A stretch of 64,000 nt of DNA from NCBI GenBank assembly GCA_038045185.1, contig JBBSYO010000022.1, positions 164 to 64,163 of the forward strand, given 5' to 3'. This DNA is from Nanobdellota archaeon. GTDB taxonomy: Archaea; Nanobdellota; Nanobdellia; Pacearchaeales; GW2011-AR1. A program made the position numbers and the translations under genes. Under the pieces are notes generated by a model. It was not told the DNA's origin. It saw only the letters and a list, made by a program, of their open reading frames with translations, and made no database searches. Positions 52,531 to 61,836 of the stretch are shown here, in pieces; position 1 is the first letter of the stretch; every line of letters begins with the position of its first letter.

Positions 52531-53295
52531 TCACTTAAATACTTTGTTGTGATATAATCCTGTTCTGGCGAGTATAAACTGTGTTAGCACGCTGAAAGTT
52601 CGTATCGCATACCATACTGCCCCCTTAAGGGCGTGAGATGTATGCTCTCCCTTATAGTCTGCTTCTACTGGGACTTCCCGCACGGGCATTCTGTAGTAAG
52701 CTGCTTGCGCGATGATTTGGAAGCTGAACAAATAATCATTTGTATTTGCATCATAAGGCACATTTTCAAGCAATTTGCGACCGTAGATTCTAAATCCGGT
52801 ATGGAATTCTGTCAAGGAGAGACCCAAGACAATTCTGTCAAAGAAGCTTAGGAATTTGTTGGCAATAAACCGTATGACTGGCATGCCGTTCTCCAAAGCT
52901 TTTCCTGGCACAGAAAATCTTGAGCCTAAAATAAGCTGTGCATTGCCTTCTTTCATGTGGGGCATTGCGTAGGTTATAGATATTGGATTGAACTGCGCCC
53001 CATCGCCATGAATTTCTACAATATAATCTGCGCCCATCTCCAAGGCTTTTTTCAGGCCGGCTTTGAGATTTCCTCCGTAGCCGCGATTAGGGACATGCCG
53101 AAAAGCCTTGACCCCTAACTTCTTTGCTACCTCATAAGTTCCATCTTTTGAGCCGTCATCCATAACAATTAAATCGTCTAAAAGACCTTTGGGAATTCTC
53201 TGAATGGCGCGAGGAAGCATACTTGCAACATTGTAGGCCAGTATGACTCCGATAATCTTCGGTTTTTTTGAGGAGGAGGTTTTTTGAGTTGGCAC
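52531..53295 (-). CDS. GT2 family glycosyltransferase (Dol-P-sugar synthase-like)
   Basis: 254 aa; IIGVILAYN..., VMDDGSKDGT, EIHGDG motifs. Confidence 0.75.
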   Translation of the reverse strand: MPTQKTSSSKKPKIIGVILAYNVASMLPRAIQRIPKGLLDDLIVMDDGSKDGTYEVAKKLGVKAFRHVPNRGYGGNLKAGLKKALEMGADYIVEIHGDGAQFNPISITYAMPHMKEGNAQLILGSRFSVPGKALENGMPVIRFIANKFLSFFDRIVLGLSLTEFHTGFRIYGRKLLENVPYDANTNDYLFSFQIIAQAAYYRMPVREVPVEADYKGEHTSHALKGAVWYAIRTFSVLTQFILARTGLYHNKVFK

Positions 53296-53353
53296 GGTAA
53301 ATTAGGAAGGGGACATAAAAAACGTTTATAAACTTATATATTGCATAAAGTGT

Positions 53354-53779
53354 ATGTCCAAAGCAAAGGGCTACTCTATTTGGCTTATGCCTGAAGGAAA
53401 GCACTACAGATTATTAAACAATACTATCTACGAATTCAGCAAGAAATACTCGACGCCTTCCTTTCTACCACATGTGACGTTGTTAGGAGATGTAGAAGGA
53501 AACGAGAGTGACATATCAAATAAAACAACTCTTTTAGCGCAGAATTTAAAAGAGTTTTATGTGACTTTGCAATCAGGCAATTACGGAGATACATATTTTA
53601 AGAGTTTATTTCTCACAGCATTAAAAGAGCAGGACATTTTAAAAGCAAACCAGCAAGCAAGAACCCGATTTGGAAGAGAAAAAGATTCGACTTTTATAGC
53701 GAGATTCCTTCCCCCGGAAGAGATTTTTGTTGAAAGTCCATTAATCCCCGTTATAATTCAAAGTCCAACGCGGACTTGA
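53354..53779 (+). CDS. hypothetical protein, possibly a 2H phosphoesterase (CPDase-like)
   Basis: 141 aa; YSIWLMPEGK...FLPHVTLLG resembles the first H-x-T motif of cyclic phosphodiesterases; the second motif is not evident; 3' end overlaps the convergent gene. Confidence 0.3.
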   Translation: MSKAKGYSIWLMPEGKHYRLLNNTIYEFSKKYSTPSFLPHVTLLGDVEGNESDISNKTTLLAQNLKEFYVTLQSGNYGDTYFKSLFLTALKEQDILKANQQARTRFGREKDSTFIARFLPPEEIFVESPLIPVIIQSPTRT

Positions 53780-54823
53780 AGCGATGCTATAATCTATTAG
53801 GGGTCCTTTAATGATGTTCTTCATAACCTCAAGGTTATAATAAATAGCGTCATCCATATTGACTAATTGGCCTGACTTTAAGGCCTGCTCTATTTCCTTG
53901 ACTCCTTCTTCTATTCCAAACTGCGCTTGAAAGTTGCAAATTCTGCTAAATTTCCTGAAACTCACATTATAAGAACGATTGTCTTTGTTGTTTTCTATTT
54001 TTTCAACTTGTACATTTGGAAAATGCTTGTGTATTAATGGCACAAGGTCTTTTATCATGAAATTTAATTTTTCATTTCCGACATTAAATATTTGCTTGTT
54101 TGTTATGATTTTGTCTTCATCCATTACAGTAATAATTGCGCGCGCCGCGTCTTTAACATGTAAAAATGGCCTGTACTGCATTCCATCTCCGAACAGAAGT
54201 ATATTCTTTCCCTGGAGAGCACGTTTTGCCATAACGTTTACTGCTAAGTCAAACCTCATTCTTGGAGAATATCCAAAGAGTGTTGCGAATCTCAGGATAG
54301 TAACTGAAAATTTAGAATCAGCCAGAGGCAATAATTCATTTTCACATTGCAACTTTGAAAGCGCGTATAAAGTTACCGGTCCGACTTCTGACTGCTCGTC
54401 TAAAAATTCCTTGCCGCTCGCCCCATAAACGCTGCAAGAAGATATGAATATCACTTGTTTGACGCCCTCTACCTTGGCTCTTCTTGCAAGAGAAAGTGTT
54501 GCTAAAAAATTAGTTTGAATTGTCAAATTTGGATCAATGTCACCCGAAGGGTCATTTGAGATGCTGGCTAAATGAATGAAGATATCTGCTCCTTTAAATA
54601 AGATTGGAATGTTTTCGTGATGTGATATGTCTATTTCAGTTAATTTCAAGTTAGGATTTGCTGCGCATGAAGCAAGCGAATTTTTCCCAAAATAAAATCT
54701 GTCTATCACGTGAACGTGATGCCCTGCATCTAACAGCATTGGGACTAAAATAGAACCAAGATAACCTGCCCCGCCTGTGACTACTATTTTCTGCTCTGTC
54801 CTGCCATTTAATCTGTTTAACAT
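53741..54823 (-). CDS. NAD-dependent epimerase/dehydratase family protein
   Basis: 360 aa; VTGGAGYLGS, YALSK (YxxxK). Confidence 0.75.
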   Translation of the reverse strand: MLNRLNGRTEQKIVVTGGAGYLGSILVPMLLDAGHHVHVIDRFYFGKNSLASCAANPNLKLTEIDISHHENIPILFKGADIFIHLASISNDPSGDIDPNLTIQTNFLATLSLARRAKVEGVKQVIFISSCSVYGASGKEFLDEQSEVGPVTLYALSKLQCENELLPLADSKFSVTILRFATLFGYSPRMRFDLAVNVMAKRALQGKNILLFGDGMQYRPFLHVKDAARAIITVMDEDKIITNKQIFNVGNEKLNFMIKDLVPLIHKHFPNVQVEKIENNKDNRSYNVSFRKFSRICNFQAQFGIEEGVKEIEQALKSGQLVNMDDAIYYNLEVMKNIIKGPLIDYSIASSPRWTLNYNGD

Positions 54824-54894
54824 AAATGGAAAGACAATGTTGCCTATATAAATTTTTAGGGTTATGTTTATATAATGCGTGATTAAGAAATATT

Positions 54895-56082
54895 ATGGTG
54901 CGACCGCATGTTGTTATCGGAGCAGGAATTATAGGTTCTACAATTGCACGCGAACTGGCATTTAGAGGTATTGAAACGCTTGTTCTTGAAAAAGAAGATG
55001 AGCCCGGAAGGCACGCAAGTGGACGAAATAGCGGAGTAATACATTCAGGCATTAACCACAAACCTAATTCCATTAAAGCTAAATACTGCCTTGAAGGAAG
55101 CAGACGCTTACGCGAGTATTGCGTAAATAAACGAGTTCCGATGAAGCAATGCGGCACTCTGGTAATTGCACGCACGGATATTGAAGAGGAGAGATTGATG
55201 TGCGTGTGGCAGATGGGAAAAGAACTTGGTGTTCCTGAACTCTCAATCCTCGAAAAGAGAGATATTCGAAGGGTTGAGCCTGTATGCACTTTTTCTGCTC
55301 GGCGTGCAATATATTCTCCGACAGGCGCTATTGTTGACAGCAAAGCACTTTTGCAATCAGTAATAAAAGACGCACAATATATGGGTGCTAAATTCTCATT
55401 TGGGGAAAGAGTAAAAAACATGGTTGAAGGAAACGTGATAACCGATAAGCGAAAAATAGAATATGCTTATCTTGTAAATTGTGGAGGTTTAGAAGCAGAC
55501 CGTCTGGCACATGTGCGTGGAATTAGAAGAGATTTGTTTATTGCGCCGTTTAAAGGGTCTTATTGGCAAATTGACGGGCTTCATCTAAAAACTATGATAT
55601 ATGCTCCTCCAAACCCTAAGTTTCCTTTTCTCGGAATTCATCTTACGCCAACAACTGAAGGATTGAGCCTTGCGGGACCTAATGCAGCACTCGCATTCGG
55701 CAGAGAATCGTACGGCTCAGAAGTTAATATAAAGGATTTGGCAGAAATGATTGGGTGCAAAGGATTTTGGAAAATGGCAAGAAAGAGAGACTTTATGCAA
55801 CAAGCAGTTCAGAATTTACGAACAACATTTTTGAAGTCGGCTTTTCTGCAAGAAATAAATGGCTTAACTTCAGAGAAGATAGATAAAAGAGACGTAATCC
55901 CTTACAGAGCAGGGATACGCGCACAGCTTGTGGATTCGTCCGGCTTTTTAGTTAATGATATAGTAGTTCATCATGGGGAACGTGAAACTCATGTGTTGAA
56001 TGCGGTTTCTCCAGGAATGACTTGCAGTTTAGCCTTCGCTGAAAATATTGTTGATTTTATTGGTAAAAAAAATTATTCTTAG
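54895..56082 (+). CDS. FAD-dependent oxidoreductase, L-2-hydroxyglutarate oxidase-like (LhgO/DAO family)
   Basis: 395 aa; VVIGAGIIGSTIAREL dinucleotide-binding motif, C-terminal HVLNAVSPGMTCSLA. Confidence 0.68.
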   Translation: MVRPHVVIGAGIIGSTIARELAFRGIETLVLEKEDEPGRHASGRNSGVIHSGINHKPNSIKAKYCLEGSRRLREYCVNKRVPMKQCGTLVIARTDIEEERLMCVWQMGKELGVPELSILEKRDIRRVEPVCTFSARRAIYSPTGAIVDSKALLQSVIKDAQYMGAKFSFGERVKNMVEGNVITDKRKIEYAYLVNCGGLEADRLAHVRGIRRDLFIAPFKGSYWQIDGLHLKTMIYAPPNPKFPFLGIHLTPTTEGLSLAGPNAALAFGRESYGSEVNIKDLAEMIGCKGFWKMARKRDFMQQAVQNLRTTFLKSAFLQEINGLTSEKIDKRDVIPYRAGIRAQLVDSSGFLVNDIVVHHGERETHVLNAVSPGMTCSLAFAENIVDFIGKKNYS

Positions 56083-57590
56083 TTTCCTTCTATCTTCTTA
56101 ATCATCTCTGCAAACGCTGGTCTGCTAATCAAGACGCCTGCTGTAATTCCTATGATAGTTGTTACTGCAAATCCCTTGAAGAGTCCGGCACCTGCCCAGT
56201 ACAATGGCAGAAGCGAAACAAGGGCTGTCGCGTATGCAGAAAACACGACGAAGAGGGCACGTTTCATGCGCGCCTTAAGTGCAAGTTCGCGGTTTCTGCG
56301 GGCTTCGTCCAAGATAATTATCTGTTGGTCTACCCCTGTGCCTATCGTGGCAAGAATACCTGCAATTGAAGGCAAATCAAGATTCCAGCCAATGAGGGCC
56401 GCGACGCCCAGGATTATAACTATCTCTGAGAACGAGGTGAAGAGAACGGCGAACGATTCCTTAATATTTCTATATCTCCCGAATATTATCAGACCGACTG
56501 CGAGCAAGGCAACAGAACCTGCCAGAAAGAGGGTACGCACGAAATCGCCGCCCAACAAGGGAGCGATTGTGTCGAGCTTTACAATCGTCAGTTTATACGG
56601 CAGGCTGCCTGTGATAAGCACGGTCTGTAATCTATGCATAGAGACGCGCGCGTCATTGAGCGCGTCTTCCTGTGTTGCCCCATTTCCTGAACCCTGTATT
56701 GATATCTGCGTGGTAACCTGACCTTTCAAATCGCGGCTGATGAGCAATTCGTCCACTAATTGATCGTCTAACAACAAAGACAAATTGGCCTTGAGATATT
56801 GACCGCCTGAAAGCAAATCAACATCGATTCCGCGCGTGATATTTGCATGGCGACGTGCCGCTTCTTCGCTAAGATAAATAGTGAATGCAAAATTACAGGC
56901 GTATCCTGCTTGCACAGGAGTGCAGCTTCTCACGCCAGAACAACTTGCGTCATTGCGGCAGACTGAAGTTATGTCTTCGCTGCCGCCTGCGAAAACAGTT
57001 TGATTGCCGATTCTGGCTTCAAATTTGCCCTGTTTAGAGATTAGGTCTTGCAAATCAGAAGGTGTTGCTCCTGCTACTTCAATTAACATGAATTTATTGC
57101 CTGAAAGGTCTGTTACGCCTCTTATCTTAACATCTGATAATCCAAATACATTAAGTCGGTTATTGCTAACTGCTATCAGGTCCTGTAGTTGTTCATTGGT
57201 GAGTTTCTGCTCTGGCTCAATGAGCGCGCGTGCTCCGCCCTGAATGTCTAAACCGGTTTTGATTCGTGTTCTGGGAACGGTCTGCACGACAATATCGGGA
57301 GTCTGATTTATGAAGACAACATATTTGCCATCCTTAGTTACGACATCAACGCGCATATCTGTGTTGTTCGTGAATAGTTGGTTCATTACATCTGCGTAGT
57401 CTGCTGCGACTGAAATTGGCTTTCGATTTATTTCCTTGATGATTGCGCCTTGTCTGAGACCTTGTTCAAAGAGAGGAGAATCTTTAGCTATAGATTTTAC
57501 TACGACGCCAGACTCAAAGATTGGGCTTATAGCTAACAATGACAAAAGCAATGCGATGATAAGAGCCCATATGCGCCAGCCCCATTTCAT
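56079..57590 (-). CDS. secD: protein-export membrane protein SecD
   Basis: about 503 aa from the ATG forming an ATGA overlap with the secF stop; GLDIQGG motif and C-terminal 6 TM helices. Confidence 0.85.
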   Translation of the reverse strand: MKWGWRIWALIIALLLSLLAISPIFESGVVVKSIAKDSPLFEQGLRQGAIIKEINRKPISVAADYADVMNQLFTNNTDMRVDVVTKDGKYVVFINQTPDIVVQTVPRTRIKTGLDIQGGARALIEPEQKLTNEQLQDLIAVSNNRLNVFGLSDVKIRGVTDLSGNKFMLIEVAGATPSDLQDLISKQGKFEARIGNQTVFAGGSEDITSVCRNDASCSGVRSCTPVQAGYACNFAFTIYLSEEAARRHANITRGIDVDLLSGGQYLKANLSLLLDDQLVDELLISRDLKGQVTTQISIQGSGNGATQEDALNDARVSMHRLQTVLITGSLPYKLTIVKLDTIAPLLGGDFVRTLFLAGSVALLAVGLIIFGRYRNIKESFAVLFTSFSEIVIILGVAALIGWNLDLPSIAGILATIGTGVDQQIIILDEARRNRELALKARMKRALFVVFSAYATALVSLLPLYWAGAGLFKGFAVTTIIGITAGVLISRPAFAEMIKKIEGN

Positions 57591-58477
57591 TGTGCTAGAT
57601 GACGTGCCTCCGCATACCACTTGAGCAATGTAGCGTTAGTTACCCATGTATTAAAAATATCAAACCCTAATCCGATTAGCAAGATGGTGAACATCTGACG
57701 AAGAGTCTCTGAGTTGCCGTAAACAAAAAATAAGCTCACGCCGATGGCTACGATTGCTGTCAACGTCATGGTTATTCCTGTCTTGAAAGCTCCCCATATT
57801 CTAGTGTTTATTGGGCCTTCTCCTCGCAATACACGTGTCGTGAGAAGCATGTCTGTGTCTACAGCGTATCCGATAAGCATGAGCAAGGCGACGATGCCTG
57901 CAAGCGAAATCTGCATTCCTATGAAATCGACGAGAGCAAGAGTCATCACGATGTCTGCAAACCCCGCCGCAATGATGCTCAAGCTACGGAAAGGAGTCTT
58001 GAATATAACGAACACCACAAGCCCCATGCCTACGAACGCAATTAGTACCGCAAGACGTAGCTGCTGGTAAAAGCTTGAAGAAAGCGCTGAGCCGGTAAAT
58101 TCGATGGATGAGTTCTCCTGTGTGAGCTTGAATCCGAGAAGCTCTTCTATAGCAGATTTAAGTTCATCTGCTGATGCAGTTGATTCAACGAAGAAGCCTA
58201 TCTGTTCACCTGTGCGGATGTTCGAAATAGAACGTGCCGTGACATCTGGAAAACGCGTTCTAAGCGCGTTCTGAATTTCTTCTGGACTGTTGGCGCCTGA
58301 AACAGTAATCGTGGTGCCTCCAGTGAGAGAGATGTCTTTGTGAATGATGTCGCCGTTCACGCTGTAAAAGAACGCGAGGTATCCGAGCGCAAAAGCCAAC
58401 ACGATGACGGATAAAATCAGCTGATATTTGTATGTGCGGTCATACCATGACTTATGCGAAACAATATTTTCAGCCAT
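57587..58477 (-). CDS. secF: protein-export membrane protein SecF
   Basis: about 296 aa from ATG 58477 (TATA-like TTTTAAAG at 58500-58507 on the coding strand); SecF topology. Confidence 0.82.
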   Translation of the reverse strand: MAENIVSHKSWYDRTYKYQLILSVIVLAFALGYLAFFYSVNGDIIHKDISLTGGTTITVSGANSPEEIQNALRTRFPDVTARSISNIRTGEQIGFFVESTASADELKSAIEELLGFKLTQENSSIEFTGSALSSSFYQQLRLAVLIAFVGMGLVVFVIFKTPFRSLSIIAAGFADIVMTLALVDFIGMQISLAGIVALLMLIGYAVDTDMLLTTRVLRGEGPINTRIWGAFKTGITMTLTAIVAIGVSLFFVYGNSETLRQMFTILLIGLGFDIFNTWVTNATLLKWYAEARHLAQ

Positions 58478-58607
58478 GCACACACCATACAAAAAGCGCT
58501 TTTAAAGTTATTCTTGCGGGCGACATTAATAACTTTAATATCGGAATGCGCGCTGTATGGAAATAGACCAATAAGTTTCCTATAAATTCTTCTAACTGGT
58601 TTTTTCG

Positions 58608-58778
58608 CTACATCTTGCTTTCTTCTTCTGCGATTTCATCTTCAAAACCTCTTATTTCCTTTTCCCAATATTCTATGAGGTAAGATTTTCTGCCTGCATA
58701 AGAACTTATTTTCTGCTTGTGTTTTTCCACCTGCTTCTTCAGGCTTTCTATCTTTTTCAGCCGCTTCTTTTTATCCAT
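58608..58778 (-). CDS. possible small coiled-coil protein (56 aa)
   Basis: ATG...TAG ORF MDKKKRLKKIESLKKQVEKHKQ...; overlaps the 3' end of the upstream gene by 22 nt in another frame; unverified. Confidence 0.2.
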   Translation of the reverse strand: MDKKKRLKKIESLKKQVEKHKQKISSYAGRKSYLIEYWEKEIRGFEDEIAEEESKM

Positions 58779-59533
58779 TTCTTTTGTTCTTCTATCTCCT
58801 GAAAGAGATACTCGTATAAGGATTCAGCTTCTTTGCTGTTTATTTTTCTCCTTGCTTTGAGCCCTGCCTTTGAGCGTTGATAAGCGCGATACGCTTCTTC
58901 AGAACCAGAGAGCTTTTTTATTAAGCTAAGCAAGCCGAAGGTTGTTGGCGTATGATTATTAATCAAGCAGTTTACTATGTAAGCTTCCCTTAATCTTAAA
59001 ACCAAAGAGTACCCTATGTTGTCGGATAGTTTCTCGTCTTTCTCTTTTGCGAGATTCATTGCTTCTCTGATTAATTTTAGCGCGGAAAGTGTTGTTTCTA
59101 TATGGCTTTTTAAATTATATTTAGTGAGAATTAATTTCTTATACCCTTCAAGCAATTCCTTATTTATTATAGGCAGTGCCTCTTTTAACATGGACAACAG
59201 TGGGAGGGCGTTTTCCTTAACCTGGCTTTCAACCTCGTCTTTTGAAATTAATATAATCTCATATTTGCCCTTTTTTATCTTTTTGTTTATGTTATCCGTA
59301 ATCCCAAGTATGTCGATATCGCTGGTGCTGGTTTGCTCTCCTCTTGCATAGCTGCCAACTAAGTAAAGTCCGATAATATGGGGCAAATAGGCATTTAATA
59401 TTTCTAAAGTATTCTGTCTAATGTTTTGGGGTTTCTTAACCAGCGTGACTCTGGCTTCTCCATTAAGCCAATCTTTAGGCACGAGCACGCCTGCTGAGTT
59501 GCCAACTCTAACAATAGGTTTAATCAGTTCCAT
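58757..59533 (-). CDS. nucleotidyltransferase-domain protein with an N-terminal AbrB/MazE-like swapped-hairpin domain
   Basis: 258 aa; VRVGNSAGVLVPKDWL (AbrB/SpoVT-like), GSYARGEQTSTSDIDIL (minimal NTase GS...DxD), helical C-terminal region. Confidence 0.5.
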   Translation of the reverse strand: MELIKPIVRVGNSAGVLVPKDWLNGEARVTLVKKPQNIRQNTLEILNAYLPHIIGLYLVGSYARGEQTSTSDIDILGITDNINKKIKKGKYEIILISKDEVESQVKENALPLLSMLKEALPIINKELLEGYKKLILTKYNLKSHIETTLSALKLIREAMNLAKEKDEKLSDNIGYSLVLRLREAYIVNCLINNHTPTTFGLLSLIKKLSGSEEAYRAYQRSKAGLKARRKINSKEAESLYEYLFQEIEEQKKWIKRSG

Positions 59534-59609
59534 GTTATAACATTGTTATAACTTATATTTAAGGCTTTGGGCAGTTTAGATGCGCATAGAAAATGACTCA
59601 GGGGGCGTA

Positions 59610-59680
59610 TGCGCGGTACGGGAATCGAACCCGTAACCGCGGATTGGAAATCCGCTATTTTGCCATTAAACTAACCGCGC
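59610..59680 (-). tRNA. tRNA-Gly (anticodon UCC)
   Basis: 71 nt; 7-bp acceptor GCGCGGU/ACCGCGC, D stem GUUU/AAAU, anticodon stem GCGGA/UCCGC with loop UUUCCAA, T loop UUCGAUU; no encoded CCA. Confidence 0.75.
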
Positions 59681-59720
59681 TTGTTATTCTTATCAAGAAA
59701 GATGTTTTAAACCTTTTCAA

Positions 59721-59795
59721 CGCCCTCGGCAGGATTTGAACCTGCAACCTTTGGGTTAGGATCCCACTGCGCTATCCGGGTTGCGCCACGAGGGC
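59721..59795 (-). tRNA. tRNA-Arg (anticodon CCU)
   Basis: 75 nt; acceptor GCCCUCG/CGAGGGC, D stem GCGC/GCGC, anticodon loop AUCCUAA, T arm GCAGG-UUCAAAU-CCUGC, discriminator G. Confidence 0.72.
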
Positions 59796-59796
59796 A

Positions 59797-59881
59797 TGTG
59801 GGCGCTAGGATTCGAACCTAGGAAGGCACTAAGCACAGTAGCTCTTGAGGCTACCCCGTTTGACCGCTCCGGCACGCCCAC
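59797..59881 (-). tRNA. tRNA-Leu (anticodon CAA), class II with a long variable arm
   Basis: 85 nt; acceptor GUGGGCG/CGCCCAC, anticodon stem GUAGC/GCUAC with loop CUCAAGA, 16-nt variable arm, T arm CUAGG-UUCGAAU-CCUAG. Confidence 0.72.
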
Positions 59882-59907
59882 ATCTCAATGAGAGATAGAA
59901 AGGCGTT

Positions 59908-61095
59908 TTAAAGGTTATTATGGATAGATGAGAAGATTTTATCTGCGACTTGTTCGGGCGAGAGATTCGAAGTGTCAATTACCAAGGTCGCGTCTTTTTT
60001 CTGCTCACGATAATCGAAACCGTACATCTTTTTCCAGTTTTCCGCCTCCTGCGATTCTCTTTTTGTTAATAACTCGCGCGCGGCTTCAGGAGAAATGCTG
60101 TCTCGCTGGGCTACACGCTGAACACGGGTGTCGAGATCGCCTGTGAGCCATATTTTAGGACGGGCTTGCGGTAGCATATGAAGGGAGAGTTTTCCGTCTA
60201 TAACGACATTTCCTTTTTGTGCATGACGACGTTGAACTTCGTCAATTATCTCATGCGTAACTGGATTTTTTCCAAACGAGGTCTCCCAAAGATTAACAGT
60301 TGCCTGCGAATCATTTGATGCAGTGTAATTTGGGATAGCAATATTGCGAGAGGCACATAGCTCGGCGAAGACAGGATAATATGGCTGGTCTTTGGCGATG
60401 CCTCTCCCTAAATCTTTGAAAATCCTGCCTGGGCTAAGATATTCGAGATTTAGTTTTTTTGCCAAAAGACGCGCGGTTGTTGTACTGCCTGAGCCAGGCA
60501 AGCCGGAAATTGCGATTACCAAAGGAGAGTGTTCATTTTGGGGACATTCTAATTGTTTTATAATTGCCTCGACTTCCTGCCCCGGGGTGAGCTGGGCTGT
60601 ATCAAGTATAATTTTATAGTGTTTTGTATTGCGATGGTCGTATCCGTAGATACGCTGCGCGCGCTCGACTTCCCACTTTTCTCGCTGCTCTAAATCGCGC
60701 TGTATTTCTTCATATGATTTCTCGGGGTGGGCGCGTCTCTGGCGTTCGACGCGGACTGCAAGAGGGGCAGTAACAAAAATGAGCAACGCGTTATTGAGAT
60801 TCTTACAATTTTCAACTGCGAATCGTGAATCTAATATGAGATGTCCTTCCTGCGCAACACTGCAGGCATTATTATTCAGGACGCGAATTTCGTCATCAGA
60901 AAGGTTGCCAAGGTAAGAAAGGAACTGCCCTGAAAATCTGTTCGCTTTGACAAGATCTGCGTGACGCTCACGCAACAACATCCCTGTAGAAATGAATTTC
61001 CACTTCCTTAGAAGCGATAGTTCCTTGAGGGAGTTCGCCAGCGTGGTTTTCCCACTTCCAGGCAGACCTGCTATTGCAATAACTGTATAACGCAT
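59908..61095 (-). CDS. cmk: tandem duplicated cytidylate-kinase-like (archaeal Cmk/AAA) fusion protein
   Basis: about 395 aa from ATG 61095; two P-loops (IAIAGLPGSGKTT and IAISGLPGSGSTT), each followed by an archaeal Cmk-like domain of about 190 aa. Confidence 0.65.
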   Translation of the reverse strand: MRYTVIAIAGLPGSGKTTLANSLKELSLLRKWKFISTGMLLRERHADLVKANRFSGQFLSYLGNLSDDEIRVLNNNACSVAQEGHLILDSRFAVENCKNLNNALLIFVTAPLAVRVERQRRAHPEKSYEEIQRDLEQREKWEVERAQRIYGYDHRNTKHYKIILDTAQLTPGQEVEAIIKQLECPQNEHSPLVIAISGLPGSGSTTTARLLAKKLNLEYLSPGRIFKDLGRGIAKDQPYYPVFAELCASRNIAIPNYTASNDSQATVNLWETSFGKNPVTHEIIDEVQRRHAQKGNVVIDGKLSLHMLPQARPKIWLTGDLDTRVQRVAQRDSISPEAARELLTKRESQEAENWKKMYGFDYREQKKDATLVIDTSNLSPEQVADKIFSSIHNNL

Positions 61096-61299
61096 GCTTG
61101 CTCGACAGAACATGGAAAGCTTTATAAGTACTATTGTAGGACAAAATATGAAGACGGCCATAGTGATCAGGAAACACCTGTTCCCTTTCCGAACACAGCA
61201 GTTAAGCTGATCACGTCGGTCGCGGTAGTCTCCGAACAGAGGCGAAACACCGATGCTGTCTTCGCCATATTCCTTTTTATAATCCAGTTTCTTCTTAAT

Positions 61300-61557
61300 G
61301 TGATGAATAAATTGTCAAAAACAACGGCACGAGAACGCGTCAATGCTTTCTTTGCTAAAGATGCAATCGATAGAGGGGACGTGCGCAAGATTAAACGTCT
61401 CGCTATGCAGTTCAACATTCGACTTGGAAAAAATCGTGCGCGCTTCTGCAATAAGTGTTATACTGATTTGAGAGCGAGTGCGACGAGAATAACTAAAACG
61501 CATAAGACGATAATTTGCGCGGCGTGCGGGTTTAGCAATAAAGTTAAAATTTCTTAG
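61300..61557 (+). CDS. rnp4: ribonuclease P protein component 4 (Rpp21/Rnp4)
   Basis: 85 aa; helical N-terminus then Zn-ribbon FCNKC...CAAC, as in Rpr2/Rpp21. Confidence 0.65.
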   Translation: MMNKLSKTTARERVNAFFAKDAIDRGDVRKIKRLAMQFNIRLGKNRARFCNKCYTDLRASATRITKTHKTIICAACGFSNKVKIS

Positions 61558-61564
61558 CAGAGCT

Positions 61565-61762
61565 TTACGATTTCTTGAACTTAGCAATTTTGGGCAGCAA
61601 CTCTGCGTTGCCCAAAAGGGCTGCTCGGCAGCAATATCTCTCCAGACCTAAATCATTAAGAACTTTTCCGGCTTCTTCGCCGTTAGCAACGCGCTGCTTG
61701 TAAGTCTCCCACAAGTGGGCGATTGGACGACCACATGAAAAACAACGGACAGGAATTATCAT
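61565..61762 (-). CDS. rpoN: DNA-directed RNA polymerase subunit N (Rpo10/RpoN)
   Basis: 65 aa from MIIPVRCFSCG...; C-terminal RYCCR motif. Confidence 0.85.
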   Translation of the reverse strand: MIIPVRCFSCGRPIAHLWETYKQRVANGEEAGKVLNDLGLERYCCRAALLGNAELLPKIAKFKKS

Positions 61763-61836
61763 AGTATCAAGCAAAATTGAGAGTTTTTAAATCTTCTTAT
61801 AGAAAACTTCTTAAATGGAGCATTGGCAGAGGTGGT

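Noticed and set aside
54651-55421. 256-aa minus-strand ORF
   Set aside because: It is entirely antisense to the well-supported FAD oxidoreductase gene (54895-56082) and the NAD-epimerase gene, and has no recognisable domains. It is a likely spurious shadow ORF.
61777-61836. Upstream extension of the ABC ATPase ORF (MRVFKSSYRKLLKWSIGRGG...)
   Set aside because: This basic N-terminal extension precedes the conserved start [11 protein letters not shown]. The region more likely holds the divergent promoter shared with rpoN.
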